In this document: positions 25,667 to 35,253 of the stretch, piece after piece
Numbering within the stretch: position 1 is the first letter of the stretch
Layout of the letters: every line of letters starts with the position of its first letter
The notes under the pieces: generated by a model
What the model was told of the DNA's origin: nothing
Databases searched by the model: none
What the model saw: the letters and a program-made list of their open reading frames with translations, nothing else
Assembly: GCA_029561955.1 (NCBI GenBank)
Contig: JAKQWO010000036.1
Coordinates: 27,814 to 91,813, forward strand
Length of the DNA stretch: 64,000 nucleotides
Direction of reading: 5' to 3'
Origin: Candidatus Cloacimonadota bacterium
Lineage (GTDB): Bacteria; Cloacimonadota; Cloacimonadia; Cloacimonadales; Cloacimonadaceae
Translations under genes and position numbers: made by a program

Positions 25667-25776
25667 TGGCCAGACTGCGCAGGATAAAGTCCGGCTCTCA
25701 CAATCCTATTGACAGTTTCGTGAGCTGGGAATTGCATGACCTCCAAATATCAGAACACAATGAAAGGGTAAAAGTA

Positions 25777-28700
25777 ATGAAATACTTAGATCGGATTTGG
25801 CTTAGCTTGTTGCTGCTGTTTCCTTTGCTTTTGATGGCGGGAAGTTTGCAACTGGGCTCTGGAGAAACGCTCGTAAACGTGCTGGAAAGCAGTGCGGAGC
25901 AGACTATATTACATTTTCAGATTGGCAGCTTCGAGAGTGAATCTGTCGAGATTGATAACGAAACTTGGCAGCACCTGATCCTGGAGAAAGAGGGTGTATT
26001 GCAGCTTGAAGGCTATCCCGCTTTGCCGGTGGTCAATCGCAGCATCATCATTGACGGCAGAGCACAGATGCATCTGGAGCTCTATGACGTAATTTATGAA
26101 GACCTGCAGCTCAAGGTGGCGCCCTCCAAGGGTGTGATCCCGCGCAATATTGACCCCAAGACGGTTCCTTACCGGTTTGCTGATGTCTATGAGAAGGACG
26201 AGTTTTATCCCCGCGAGATTGCCACACTCTCCGAGCCGTATATTTTGAGGGATTATCGTGGAATCACGGTCAATGCCACGCCCTTTGCCTACAATCCGGT
26301 GAGCCAGACGCTGCGCATTTTCAAGAGCTTTAAGCTGCGCATTTATGCCGAAGGCGAGAGTCAGGTGAACACGCTGGACGCCTCCCGCAGCAGCTTTAGC
26401 CGTGACTTTGAGCAGGTTTACGCTCAGCACTTTATCAACTGGCCTTCACATCGCTATACGCCTGTGAATGATAGCTTTGGCAAGCTGTTGGTGATCTGCC
26501 ACTCCAGCTTTATGGACGCTATCCAGCCCTATGTAAACTGGAAAAAGCAAAAGGGCATCGAGACTGAATTGATCAACTTTTCCACCATCGGCAGCACTGC
26601 CGCACAACTTCAATCCTACATCCAAAACCGCTATAATGCAGACAATTCCATCGCCTATGTGCAGATTGTTGGAGACGCACCCCAGATTCCCACCCTCACT
26701 CACCAAAGTGGCGGATCAGACCCCACTTTCTCGTTGGTTGCAGGTAGCGACAACTATCCGGACATCTTTATCGGACGCTTCAGTGCTCAGTCGGTGGCGG
26801 ATGTCAATGCGCAAGTAAACAAAACCATCGCCTACGAAAGGGACGCAACGACTGCCGACAACTGGCTTTCCCGCGCCATGGGCATCGCCTCAAGTGAGGG
26901 AAGTAGCAGCGCAGACAACGGCGAAACAGACATCCAGCACATGAACGTGATCAGAACTAAGCTGCTCAACTACGGCTACACCAGCGTGGATCAGGTTTAC
27001 GATCCGAATGCCTCTGCTTCGACCGTTACCAACAACGTCAATGCCGGACGTGGCTTGATCAACTATGTGGGGCACGGGGGAGACACCTCTTGGGTCACCA
27101 CCGGTTTTAACAACACCAATGCTTCCAACCTCACCAACGGCACCAAAACGCCCGTGATCATGGACGTGGCCTGCGTAAACGGCAACTTCGTTGCCAAAAC
27201 CTGCTTTGCTGAGGCTTGGCAGAGAAATGCCAACGGCGGCTCGGTGACCATATATGCCTCATCCATCAATCAGTCCTGGGCCTCTCCCATGCGGGCTCAA
27301 GATGAGTTTAACGACCTCTTGGTGGGCGAGCAGAAGTTCACCGCAGGCGGGCTTTACTACAACGCTTCCTGCAAGATGATGGACGTCTATGGGACTGATG
27401 GCGTGAATATGTTCAAGACTTGGCACATCTTTGGAGACGCTGCTCTCTTGGTGCGCAGCAAGACTCCTACTGCCATGAACGTAACCCACCCCAACAGCAT
27501 AGTTCAGGGCACCACTTCGCTGACGGTCAATACCGGAGTTGCCAATGCTTTAGTGGCTTTGACCAACAATAACAACATCCTCGGGCGAGGCTACACCAAC
27601 TCCGCCGGTACCGTCACTCTCTCTTTGAGTGGAATGCCGGAAGGCTCAGCCACTTACACCCTTACAGTCACGGCGCATAATCGAGTCACTTACATCGCTA
27701 CCGTTACCCAAGTTCCACCTTCCGGGCCTTGGATTGATGTGGAAGAGGCCACTTGGCAGGATAACAACAACGATGAGCCGGAATTTGGCGAAAGCGGAGC
27801 CTTGAGCCTGAAGCTGAAGAATTCGGGTTCAGAACCTTCTGCTGCGCTCACTCTTACCCTGTCCTGCAGCACCACCGGCGTGACGCTCACCAACAACACG
27901 CATCAGACGGATGCTATCGCAGCGGGTGTGACTGTGGACATCCATTCCGCTTTTGGCATTCAACTGGCAGATAACCTCTTGGATGGCACGGAGTTGAACT
28001 TCAGCCTGAGCATCACCTCAGGCACCCAAAGCTGGACTCATGAATTTGTCTTGATCGCCAAAGCACCAGCCTTAGCCTTGGGAGACATTCTGGTGAACGA
28101 CAGCACAGGCAACAACAGTGGCACCCTTGATCCCGGCGAAAACGTCAACCTCATCATCACGATACTCAACAACGGCGCAGCAGCCAGTCCTGCGGGAAGC
28201 GTCAGCCTCAGCTCACCCACCACCGGGATCACCATTGGCACCTCCAGCATTGATATCCAGAGCATCGCTGCGGGAGCGTCAATCCAGGTATCTTTCCCCG
28301 TCAGCGTCAGCGCCAGTATGCCTCAAGGCAGCTCTGCCAGTTTTGACGTCATGGCCATCACCGGTGCCTATTATGTCGCCCAAACCTTCCTCTTGCAGGT
28401 GGGTGATCCCATCGCGGTGACCATCGGCAACGGCACGGATACACAATCATATCCGCTGAATAGGTATTACAGTTACAGCGCGCACGAAGCCATCTACTTG
28501 AGTTCTGAGATTGGCATGGCCGGCAGGATAGAAAAGATCGCTTTCTACAAGAGCAGTGGGAGTGATACGAATCCAATTGAGGCAGTTCAGATCTACATGA
28601 AACACACTTCCAGCAGCACCCAGGACAATGGAACTTACAGCACAGCAGGTTACACTCTGGTGTTTAGCGGCAGCTATCCAAACCATAGCACCAGCGGCTG

Positions 28701-30726
28701 GATGGAAGTGCCGCTCAGCTCTCAATTTGAATACAACGGCACATCAAACCTGAGTATCCTGATCGTGAAAGGCTATCAATACTGGACAAGTGCCTATCCG
28801 AGATGGACTTATACATCTGCCAGCACCTATAGAGTCAGGCGGGCTCAAAATGACTATGGTGCTCCCACAAATCTTTCAAGGAGCTACGACCTCCCCAACA
28901 TCCGCCTCAAGATTTACCCTCAGATGAGCGGGCCTGCCATTTCCTCCAATCCTACTTCCATTTCTGCTACCGTGCATGAGGATGAAAGCGGCAGCAGCAC
29001 ACTTATCCTGAGCAATAGCGGTGACTTGCCGCTTACCTGGAACACCAATGCCTCCTTCGCCACTTGGGGCAACGTGAGCCCTACCAGCGGAACCATCCCC
29101 ACAGGTGGCTCTGTGACGCTCACTGTGAGCTATAATGCCGCATCTTTGAGCGTGGGAACGCATCATGCCTCCATCCAGATCAATTCCGATGCTACCAATC
29201 AAAACCCCTACAACATCCCCGTTTCCTTGCAGGTTTTGGCCTCACCTTATCCTCCCAGCCCGCGTTTAGTGGCCGAATGGGAGCCCGCCAAGGGAGTTTT
29301 GGTGCGCTATCCTTTAGGCTTGCCCTACAATCTATTAGCCGATATTTCACAGCACGGAAAGCTATATGTGATCGTGAGTTCATCGGATCAAAGCAGTTGT
29401 CACAGCAACCTGAGCAGCAATGGCGTCAATATGAGCAACGTGATCTACATAAATGCCAGCACAAACAGCGTCTGGGTAAGGGATTACGCCCCCTGGTTTG
29501 TCTTCGATGATCAGCGTGAGCTGCGCGTGGTGGATTTTAAATACAACCGCCCCAGACCCAGTGATAATAACGTTCCCAGCGTGATTGCCGATGCCTTGGG
29601 CTATGAGTATCACTACCTGCCTCTGGTAGCCACAGGTGGAAATATGATGACGGACGGCCAGGGCAAGATGATGTCTACCACTTTGGTGCTGGAAGAGAAT
29701 GACGGAAACCCCAACACCGGCGGTGGACAGGTGACGGAATACACCTACACTCAAGCTGAGATTGAGACCTTGGTGGAGGACTATCTGGGCGTGAGCGAAT
29801 ATCAGTTTTATCAAGACCCAAATGGCACCTACATCGATCATATTGACTGCTGGGCCAAGCTTTTGGACGTGGATAAAGTGATGATCCGCAGCGTGCCGCC
29901 ATCGCATGCTCAATACTCCGCCATCGAAGCCTCGGTAGCCGAGTGGCAGAGCAAAACTTCCTCCTACGGAACGCCTTACCGCATCTACCGTGTCAATACG
30001 CCCAACGATGAGCCCTATTCCAATAGCCTCATCTTCAACAATTACATCTATGTGCCGCTGATGGGGAACGCCAACGACGCTGCCGCTCTGCAAGCCTATC
30101 GTGACGCCATGCCCGGCTACACGGTGAACGGATACACCTATTCCGCTTTTCAGGGCACCGATGCGCTGCACTGCCGCACCAATACTATCTTTGACGAGGG
30201 CATGATCCAGATCATCCACACTCCCGTGACTACCGCCATGGCAAGCTCGCCCTTGGAGATCAATTTCAGCCTCTCTCATGTGGATGCCATAGACTTGAAT
30301 GGCTCCTACGTGGCCTATAAATCCGCCACTGATGCCACTTGGCAATATGCCACCCTCAGCTCACTGGGAAACGATGACTGGACAGCGGAGGTCATTGCAC
30401 CCGCCTTTGGAGAAGAGATGCAGTATTATATCTACGTGCAGGACAGCAGCGGCCGTCAAAGCCAGATGCCGCTCTGCGGGCCGAGCGATCCCTTCAGCTT
30501 CGTTATCGATCAGGCTTTGCCAGTCGCACCGATTGTGAATATTCAGATCGTCTCTGAGGCCGCTTATCTGAGCTGGGAAGCTGTTCCCGGGGCTGCATAC
30601 TACAAGGTCTATAAGGCCAGCTATCCTTATGGGGAGTATGAGTTTATCGGTCAGACAATTGATACTTCCTTCGACATCACACCTCTGGCAGATAAAGCCT
30701 TTTTCAAGGTGGTAAGCGGCTTTTGA
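25777..30726 (+). CDS. Secreted multidomain protein, 1649 aa. Gingipain-type C25 cysteine protease plus Ig-like repeats plus a Porphyromonas-type peptidyl-arginine/agmatine deiminase-fold domain plus a FN3-like C-terminus.
   Basis: Start moved to ATG 25777 (MKYLDRIWLSLLLLFPLLLMAG) because the track ORF begins inside the terminator. C25 catalytic His in 'INYVGHGG' (~27063) and Cys in 'MDVACVNGNF' (~27163). Deiminase motifs 'VWVRDYAPWF', 'ATGGNMMTDGQG', 'IDHIDCWAKLL' and 'TDALHCRTN' lie between ~29260 and 30240. Confidence 0.85.
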   Translation: MKYLDRIWLSLLLLFPLLLMAGSLQLGSGETLVNVLESSAEQTILHFQIGSFESESVEIDNETWQHLILEKEGVLQLEGYPALPVVNRSIIIDGRAQMHLELYDVIYEDLQLKVAPSKGVIPRNIDPKTVPYRFADVYEKDEFYPREIATLSEPYILRDYRGITVNATPFAYNPVSQTLRIFKSFKLRIYAEGESQVNTLDASRSSFSRDFEQVYAQHFINWPSHRYTPVNDSFGKLLVICHSSFMDAIQPYVNWKKQKGIETELINFSTIGSTAAQLQSYIQNRYNADNSIAYVQIVGDAPQIPTLTHQSGGSDPTFSLVAGSDNYPDIFIGRFSAQSVADVNAQVNKTIAYERDATTADNWLSRAMGIASSEGSSSADNGETDIQHMNVIRTKLLNYGYTSVDQVYDPNASASTVTNNVNAGRGLINYVGHGGDTSWVTTGFNNTNASNLTNGTKTPVIMDVACVNGNFVAKTCFAEAWQRNANGGSVTIYASSINQSWASPMRAQDEFNDLLVGEQKFTAGGLYYNASCKMMDVYGTDGVNMFKTWHIFGDAALLVRSKTPTAMNVTHPNSIVQGTTSLTVNTGVANALVALTNNNNILGRGYTNSAGTVTLSLSGMPEGSATYTLTVTAHNRVTYIATVTQVPPSGPWIDVEEATWQDNNNDEPEFGESGALSLKLKNSGSEPSAALTLTLSCSTTGVTLTNNTHQTDAIAAGVTVDIHSAFGIQLADNLLDGTELNFSLSITSGTQSWTHEFVLIAKAPALALGDILVNDSTGNNSGTLDPGENVNLIITILNNGAAASPAGSVSLSSPTTGITIGTSSIDIQSIAAGASIQVSFPVSVSASMPQGSSASFDVMAITGAYYVAQTFLLQVGDPIAVTIGNGTDTQSYPLNRYYSYSAHEAIYLSSEIGMAGRIEKIAFYKSSGSDTNPIEAVQIYMKHTSSSTQDNGTYSTAGYTLVFSGSYPNHSTSGWMEVPLSSQFEYNGTSNLSILIVKGYQYWTSAYPRWTYTSASTYRVRRAQNDYGAPTNLSRSYDLPNIRLKIYPQMSGPAISSNPTSISATVHEDESGSSTLILSNSGDLPLTWNTNASFATWGNVSPTSGTIPTGGSVTLTVSYNAASLSVGTHHASIQINSDATNQNPYNIPVSLQVLASPYPPSPRLVAEWEPAKGVLVRYPLGLPYNLLADISQHGKLYVIVSSSDQSSCHSNLSSNGVNMSNVIYINASTNSVWVRDYAPWFVFDDQRELRVVDFKYNRPRPSDNNVPSVIADALGYEYHYLPLVATGGNMMTDGQGKMMSTTLVLEENDGNPNTGGGQVTEYTYTQAEIETLVEDYLGVSEYQFYQDPNGTYIDHIDCWAKLLDVDKVMIRSVPPSHAQYSAIEASVAEWQSKTSSYGTPYRIYRVNTPNDEPYSNSLIFNNYIYVPLMGNANDAAALQAYRDAMPGYTVNGYTYSAFQGTDALHCRTNTIFDEGMIQIIHTPVTTAMASSPLEINFSLSHVDAIDLNGSYVAYKSATDATWQYATLSSLGNDDWTAEVIAPAFGEEMQYYIYVQDSSGRQSQMPLCGPSDPFSFVIDQALPVAPIVNIQIVSEAAYLSWEAVPGAAYYKVYKASYPYGEYEFIGQTIDTSFDITPLADKAFFKVVSGF

Positions 30727-31631
30727 AGCATAAACCCGTACCTAAAGCGCTGACCTACTTCAAGGCCATTTTAGCCACGTTTTTCTGGGCTATCACCTTC
30801 ATCTGGGTCAAGATAGCCCTTGAGGTTTATCGACCTTATGAAATCGTGATTTTACGGCTGGTGCTTGCCGCGGGTCTGCTCTTCACGATCATGCTTTTTA
30901 CCGGGCATTGGGAAAAGCCCAAGCCAAAGGATATGCTGCGGCTGATGTTTGTGGCTTTCTGTGAGCCTTTCATCTACTTTATCGGCGAGACAAACGGCCT
31001 GATGTATGTGTCGTCCACTTTGGGAGCCTTGGTGATTTCCACCATCCCCTTGGTCACGGCCTTTATGGCTTGGCTGCTGCTCAAGGAAAACATCTCTACC
31101 TGGCTTTTTGCCGGACTTTTTGTCTCCTTTGCGGGAGTGGTGATCATGGCCATGTCTTCCACCGACCTTAGCGGCACGCTCAAAGGCATGCTCTATCTGA
31201 GCTTAGCTGTCATCGGCGGCACCTTCTTTGGCATCACCATCAAGCCACTCACGCATCGCTACAGTGCGCTCACCATCGTGGGTTGGCAAAACCTCTGGGG
31301 CCTTATCTACTTCATCCCCGTGTTTTTATACTTTGATGGTGCCCATTTCTTTGGCATGCAACACCAGCTCAAGCCCCTGCTGGCAATCGTGAGCATGAGC
31401 CTCTGCGGCAGCGTGGGTGCTTTCATGCTCTACACCGGCGTGATCAGAGAAATGGGCGTGATCAAATCCAACCTCTTCACCAATCTGATCCCAGTCTATA
31501 CCGTGATTTTGGCCTATCTCATCCTGGGAGACAAGCTGAACCTGCGCTCCGCTTCGGGGCTATTGATCACGCTTATCGGCATAGTGATCTCGCAGATTCC
31601 GGATATCAGGAAGCTGAGGAAGACAATGTGA
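30723..31631 (+). CDS. DMT/EamA-family transporter
   Basis: About ten predicted TM segments in an EamA-like arrangement. TTG start overlaps the preceding stop. Confidence 0.7.
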   Translation: MKHKPVPKALTYFKAILATFFWAITFIWVKIALEVYRPYEIVILRLVLAAGLLFTIMLFTGHWEKPKPKDMLRLMFVAFCEPFIYFIGETNGLMYVSSTLGALVISTIPLVTAFMAWLLLKENISTWLFAGLFVSFAGVVIMAMSSTDLSGTLKGMLYLSLAVIGGTFFGITIKPLTHRYSALTIVGWQNLWGLIYFIPVFLYFDGAHFFGMQHQLKPLLAIVSMSLCGSVGAFMLYTGVIREMGVIKSNLFTNLIPVYTVILAYLILGDKLNLRSASGLLITLIGIVISQIPDIRKLRKTM

Positions 31632-31770
31632 TGTTGATGCGATTCGTAGACCTCTCCTTAATTGGATAGGAAATCCCTGAAACATAGTCTCCATCTACAC
31701 TTGGGAGTCAAACTACAACCTGCAACCAACAACTGGGCGACGCAGCCGGCCCTGTTCGTGGAAAAATTCA

Positions 31771-32125
31771 GATGGCGAAGCCGGCTCACGTTTGTTGAAA
31801 AAAGTGTGCATTTTTGGGGCTTAATTTCCTTGCAAAAACCAGATATTTTCGAGACATTTGCCTTTTTGAAAAGGTTCACCCCTTTCCGAGCGCCTACTCC
31901 GCCCAAACTCGTAACCTGCTGCAATCCTATGCCATTCCTGCTCCACGGAGCAGGGGGCTAACAGGGGCGGGGCTGGGAAGCCGCATAAACAGCGGCTTTG
32001 AGGGGGGTCAAAAATGGCCGTTTCCTGTAACTTTTTCCCGTGCGGAGGTCAAATTTTTCAGAAAGAGCTGCTTTTTCAGGTGCCGGAGCTCGGAAAGAAA
32101 CTCCTACTATTTTGGTAGGTGTTTG
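31771..32125 (-). repeat. Family A dispersed repeat, copy 2 (inverted relative to copy 1)
   Basis: Its reverse complement aligns with 5455-5810. Hairpin CCTACTA-TTT-TGGTAGG at 32103-32119. Confidence 0.85.
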
Positions 32126-32199
32126 ACCGTCGCTCTCTGATGACAAAATATAAACTCGCAAGCACGGAAGCATTTTCTCCACCAAACCGCACTTTGTCC

Positions 32200-32229
32200 T
32201 TGACAGCTACCTCAGCCTTAAAATACTTA
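32200..32229 (+). promoter_or_regulatory. Promoter candidate of the five-gene island
   Basis: TTGACA (32200-32205), 17 or 18 nt of spacer, ATACTTA (32223-32229), about 80 nt upstream of the ATG at 32310. Confidence 0.4.
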
Positions 32230-32309
32230 CACCAAGTGAGAAAATGGACATAAGGAGTATCTAACTATATGGAAAGCGTGCAGCTTGCCTTGACGGAAAG
32301 GAGTATAAG

Positions 32310-33440
32310 ATGTTAAAAAGATTGTATGTAAACAACTACAGGTGCTTGGTCAATTTCGAGATTGGGTTTGACGCCATGACATTGCTTTTAGGCAGGAATG
32401 GCAGCGGGAAAACGAGCATCTTGGATATTCTTCACAGCATCAGAAGATTGATAACTGGCAGCGATAGAGTAGGTGAAGTCATCTCACTGGACGACATGAC
32501 AGTTTGGTTAGATTCCAAAAAGCAGACATTCGAGCTGTCAGTTGAGGGTAATGGTGGATTGTATGATTACAAGCTTGTGCTTGAGTACAATGAGAAACAA
32601 AAGGGACTGCAAATAGATTCCGAATCCCTACGATGTAATGGTATTCCGTTGTTTGATTTTTTGAAAGGGGAAGTTGATGTATATATTGATGACCGTTCCG
32701 GATTGCATTACCCTGTTGATCCGTCCTGGTCTGCACTTACCATCACAACTGACGTTAATAGAAGTGGTAGAATCGAGTGGTTCAGAAAATGGTTTGAGAA
32801 GCTATTTGTCCTGAGCATTCAGCCCCAGAATATGAGTGCTACAAGTAAATCCGAATCAGTTGGGTTGAACCTCTATGGGACGGATTTTGTTTCTTGGTAC
32901 AGGTTTATCTCCCAAGAATATCAGGACATGATCCCAGTGTTATTTAAAAACCTCAGGGATTCTATACCCGGCTTTGCTTCCTTCAGGCTGGAAACCATTG
33001 GTGACAGCAAAAAGCTGAAAGTGGGTTTTGAAAGTGAAGATAACCCCCAGAAAATACAATTCTTCGATTTTGATCGTATCTCGGATGGTGAAAGAGCACT
33101 AATCGTCTTGTATACGCTGATAATTGGATTAAAAGATCTGGGCATAACTTTGGTACTTGATGAGCCGGTTAATTTTGTTGCTTTGTCTGAGATCCAACCT
33201 TGGCTGATGGAACTCAATGATGCTTGTGGTGTTAGAGATCTACAAGATCACAGCCGTGGTATTGCCCAGACTATTATTGCCAGCCATCATCCTGAACTGA
33301 TGGACTACTTTGGGATAGATGATTGCAGGTTCCTTGATCGAGAGCCACTGGGGCCAACGCGGGTAAAACTACCATCAGCCGAGCTTGATGGCAGTTTAAG
33401 CCTCTCTGAGGTCATCGCACGGGGGTGGGAGCATGAGTAA
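32310..33440 (+). CDS. ABC-type (AAA_15/AAA_21-like, RloA-like) ATPase, 376 aa
   Basis: Walker A 'GRNGSGKTS', signature-like 'ISDGERALIVLY', Walker B 'LVLDEP' and H-loop 'IASHHP'. Confidence 0.8.
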   Translation: MLKRLYVNNYRCLVNFEIGFDAMTLLLGRNGSGKTSILDILHSIRRLITGSDRVGEVISLDDMTVWLDSKKQTFELSVEGNGGLYDYKLVLEYNEKQKGLQIDSESLRCNGIPLFDFLKGEVDVYIDDRSGLHYPVDPSWSALTITTDVNRSGRIEWFRKWFEKLFVLSIQPQNMSATSKSESVGLNLYGTDFVSWYRFISQEYQDMIPVLFKNLRDSIPGFASFRLETIGDSKKLKVGFESEDNPQKIQFFDFDRISDGERALIVLYTLIIGLKDLGITLVLDEPVNFVALSEIQPWLMELNDACGVRDLQDHSRGIAQTIIASHHPELMDYFGIDDCRFLDREPLGPTRVKLPSAELDGSLSLSEVIARGWEHE

Positions 33441-33975
33441 AAGAAGGAAAGCAACGCTCATTGTTGTCTGCGAGGATAAGCGTCAAAAGACCTTCGCATA
33501 CAGATTTTTGCTTGGCATGGGATGGGAGAGACATCAGATACACTTTAGCAAAATGTCATCAGGAAGTGGATCGGGGGCAAAAAGGGTAATAGAAACGTAT
33601 CCCCTAGAGCTGAAGATTTATAGGAGCAGACACGTTACTTGTGCCCTTGTGGTGATTATTGATGGAGATGAGCGAGGAGTTGAGGCAAGGATGCGGCAAC
33701 TTAACCAAGAATGCGGGAATTTTGGAATCCCGTGCAGGCAAAAGGAAGAAAAGGTTGCTTTCATTGTACCAACATACAGCATTGAAACTTGGATCAGGTT
33801 TTTGCAAGGATACCCGGTGAATGAAGAATTAAACTATAAGGAGAAAGTACACGATGATGAATGCAAGCCGTCTGCAGACAGGCTAGTTGAATATTGCAAG
33901 TCAACAGTTTTACCCAATAATGCGCCATCCGCCTTACGTTTGGCGTGTGATGAATACCGGGAGAGGATAAGGTGA
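33433..33975 (+). CDS. Small Toprim-like protein (RloB/DUF4276-like), 180 aa
   Basis: 8-nt overlap with the ATPase gene. 'ATLIVVCEDKRQKTFAYRF' (strand plus acidic pair) and 'ALVVIIDGDERG' (DxD) fit the Toprim E...DxD pattern. Confidence 0.55.
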   Translation: MSKRRKATLIVVCEDKRQKTFAYRFLLGMGWERHQIHFSKMSSGSGSGAKRVIETYPLELKIYRSRHVTCALVVIIDGDERGVEARMRQLNQECGNFGIPCRQKEEKVAFIVPTYSIETWIRFLQGYPVNEELNYKEKVHDDECKPSADRLVEYCKSTVLPNNAPSALRLACDEYRERIR

Positions 33976-34090
33976 GTGTGGCTGCTATTCTTATGCACTG
34001 TCCCAAGTGTTTGTATACTGGAAGGGTTATTATGTTGGCTGGTCCAGTGGAAGATAGAAAAGAGCTGATAATGAAGATAAGGAGAAAACA

Positions 34091-34834
34091 ATGGATCCAA
34101 TAAGTGCAGCAGTCGTCATCAAAGAGGCTGCAGAAAAGACGGCTTTAGCAGTCAAAGAAACATTAAAGTTGGCGGAATTAGCAAAAGAAGGCATTAAACG
34201 TCTCAAGATAAGAGAATTGTTCAAAAGTAAAGAGCTGAGTCCCAATGCCTTAGAACTTGCCAAAGAAAACTATAAACACCTGCACAAAAAGATAAGTGAG
34301 GCTAAAGAAAATGCTGAACTTCGTGCTCCAACGATTAACCAATTGATGGATGAATCCAATAACCTAAAGGGTCAAATGGGAGAGTTCCATGCCGATCAAT
34401 ATTTTAGCAGATTCGGAGAAGTTAAAAGACAATTGTCTGTCACAACAGAAAGGGGACAATTTAGGGTGGATTTCGATGTTAGGTTGAAAAAAAACATGCC
34501 CATAAAGTCTTTCACTATGAAGGACGGAATCTTAAAGTCGAGGCGTGAAGTAATACGAGCTGGCGAGAGGATGGGCGTAGAAATCAAGAATGGCCCCACT
34601 GAATTATACCAAAACCCTGAACATGTTATCAATCAAGCCCTGGCAGCCAAAGAGTTGACGGGGAATGGCTGTATTGGAATAAGCAAAACAGTATCGGAAG
34701 CCATATGTGAAAATCCTGAATCATATGAGAAGTTTTTTAATATGGCCGCAGAAAATGATATCAGAATTATAGAGACACACCCTACAATAGATCAACAAAT
34801 ATCCGAAATAATTAGCCTGTTTAAGGAGGACTGA
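34091..34834 (+). CDS. Coiled-coil protein with a PD-(D/E)xK nuclease-like core, 247 aa
   Basis: AAGGAG precedes the ATG. The first ~90 aa are helical and K/E-rich. Then 'GEFHADQYF' (E98), 'FRVDFDV' (D127/D129) and 'GVEIKNG' (E164-x-K166). Confidence 0.5.
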   Translation: MDPISAAVVIKEAAEKTALAVKETLKLAELAKEGIKRLKIRELFKSKELSPNALELAKENYKHLHKKISEAKENAELRAPTINQLMDESNNLKGQMGEFHADQYFSRFGEVKRQLSVTTERGQFRVDFDVRLKKNMPIKSFTMKDGILKSRREVIRAGERMGVEIKNGPTELYQNPEHVINQALAAKELTGNGCIGISKTVSEAICENPESYEKFFNMAAENDIRIIETHPTIDQQISEIISLFKED

Positions 34835-35253
34835 TGCCACACATATACACAATTTCATCTGACGAGAGGTTACTAACGCTATACAATGGATTCGACATGG
34901 CTGCAGGAAATGCATTTGAAGGAGATGAAAGACAGAGATTCAAAGCCATTCTATCTGCCCGGGAGTATAGGAGTCGGCTATTGGAGCGGCTAAAAGAACT
35001 TGATGGGTCGGATAAGCCCAGGATAATAGACCCCAAAATTATTGACAACAAAGCTAACGATCAAACGCTAATAGGAAGATTTGCAGCACTCCTGCTTGGC
35101 AAAACGGACCTTGGTGAATTCATTTTGCACAACCAAGATAAGGTGGGTGAGGAGCTGAGAAGCTTGCTGAGTGATATAGAGCGAAAAACCAAAGCCGATC
35201 AATATGTGTTGTTTTGGCTTGTGAGTGAGGAGGATCAAGATGGCATTATATAA
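34834..35253 (+). CDS. Hypothetical protein, 139 aa
   Basis: Its ATG overlaps the previous stop by 1 nt (TGATG). No motif recognised. Confidence 0.5.
   Translation: MPHIYTISSDERLLTLYNGFDMAAGNAFEGDERQRFKAILSAREYRSRLLERLKELDGSDKPRIIDPKIIDNKANDQTLIGRFAALLLGKTDLGEFILHNQDKVGEELRSLLSDIERKTKADQYVLFWLVSEEDQDGII

Noticed and set aside
25636-25776. N-terminal 47-codon extension of the C25-PAD ORF as given in the track
   Set aside because: The extension starts inside the HU-operon terminator hairpin and has no signal peptide. The ATG at 25777 yields a typical signal sequence. The same kind of trimming was applied to 14420-15580, 17244-18179, 12074-13429, 54221-55657, 53109-54248, 60709-62139, 25210-25524 and 62645-63742.
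29380-30345. 321-aa minus-strand ORF inside the C25-PAD gene, plus similar long antisense ORFs at 46187-47095, 10675-11433, 43162-43767, 43925-44608, 16233-16862 and 8369-9166
   Set aside because: All are antisense or off-frame to genes with strong family motifs, and their translations are compositionally biased. I treat them as by-products of GC-rich coding sequence.
33993-34103. 36-aa ORF (MHCPKCLYTGRVIMLAGPVEDRKELIMKIRRKQWIQ) in the only gap of the island
   Set aside because: It has a single CxxC and no RBS, and it overlaps the RBS and start of the 247-aa gene. The evidence is insufficient, but it could be re-examined with Ribo-seq.
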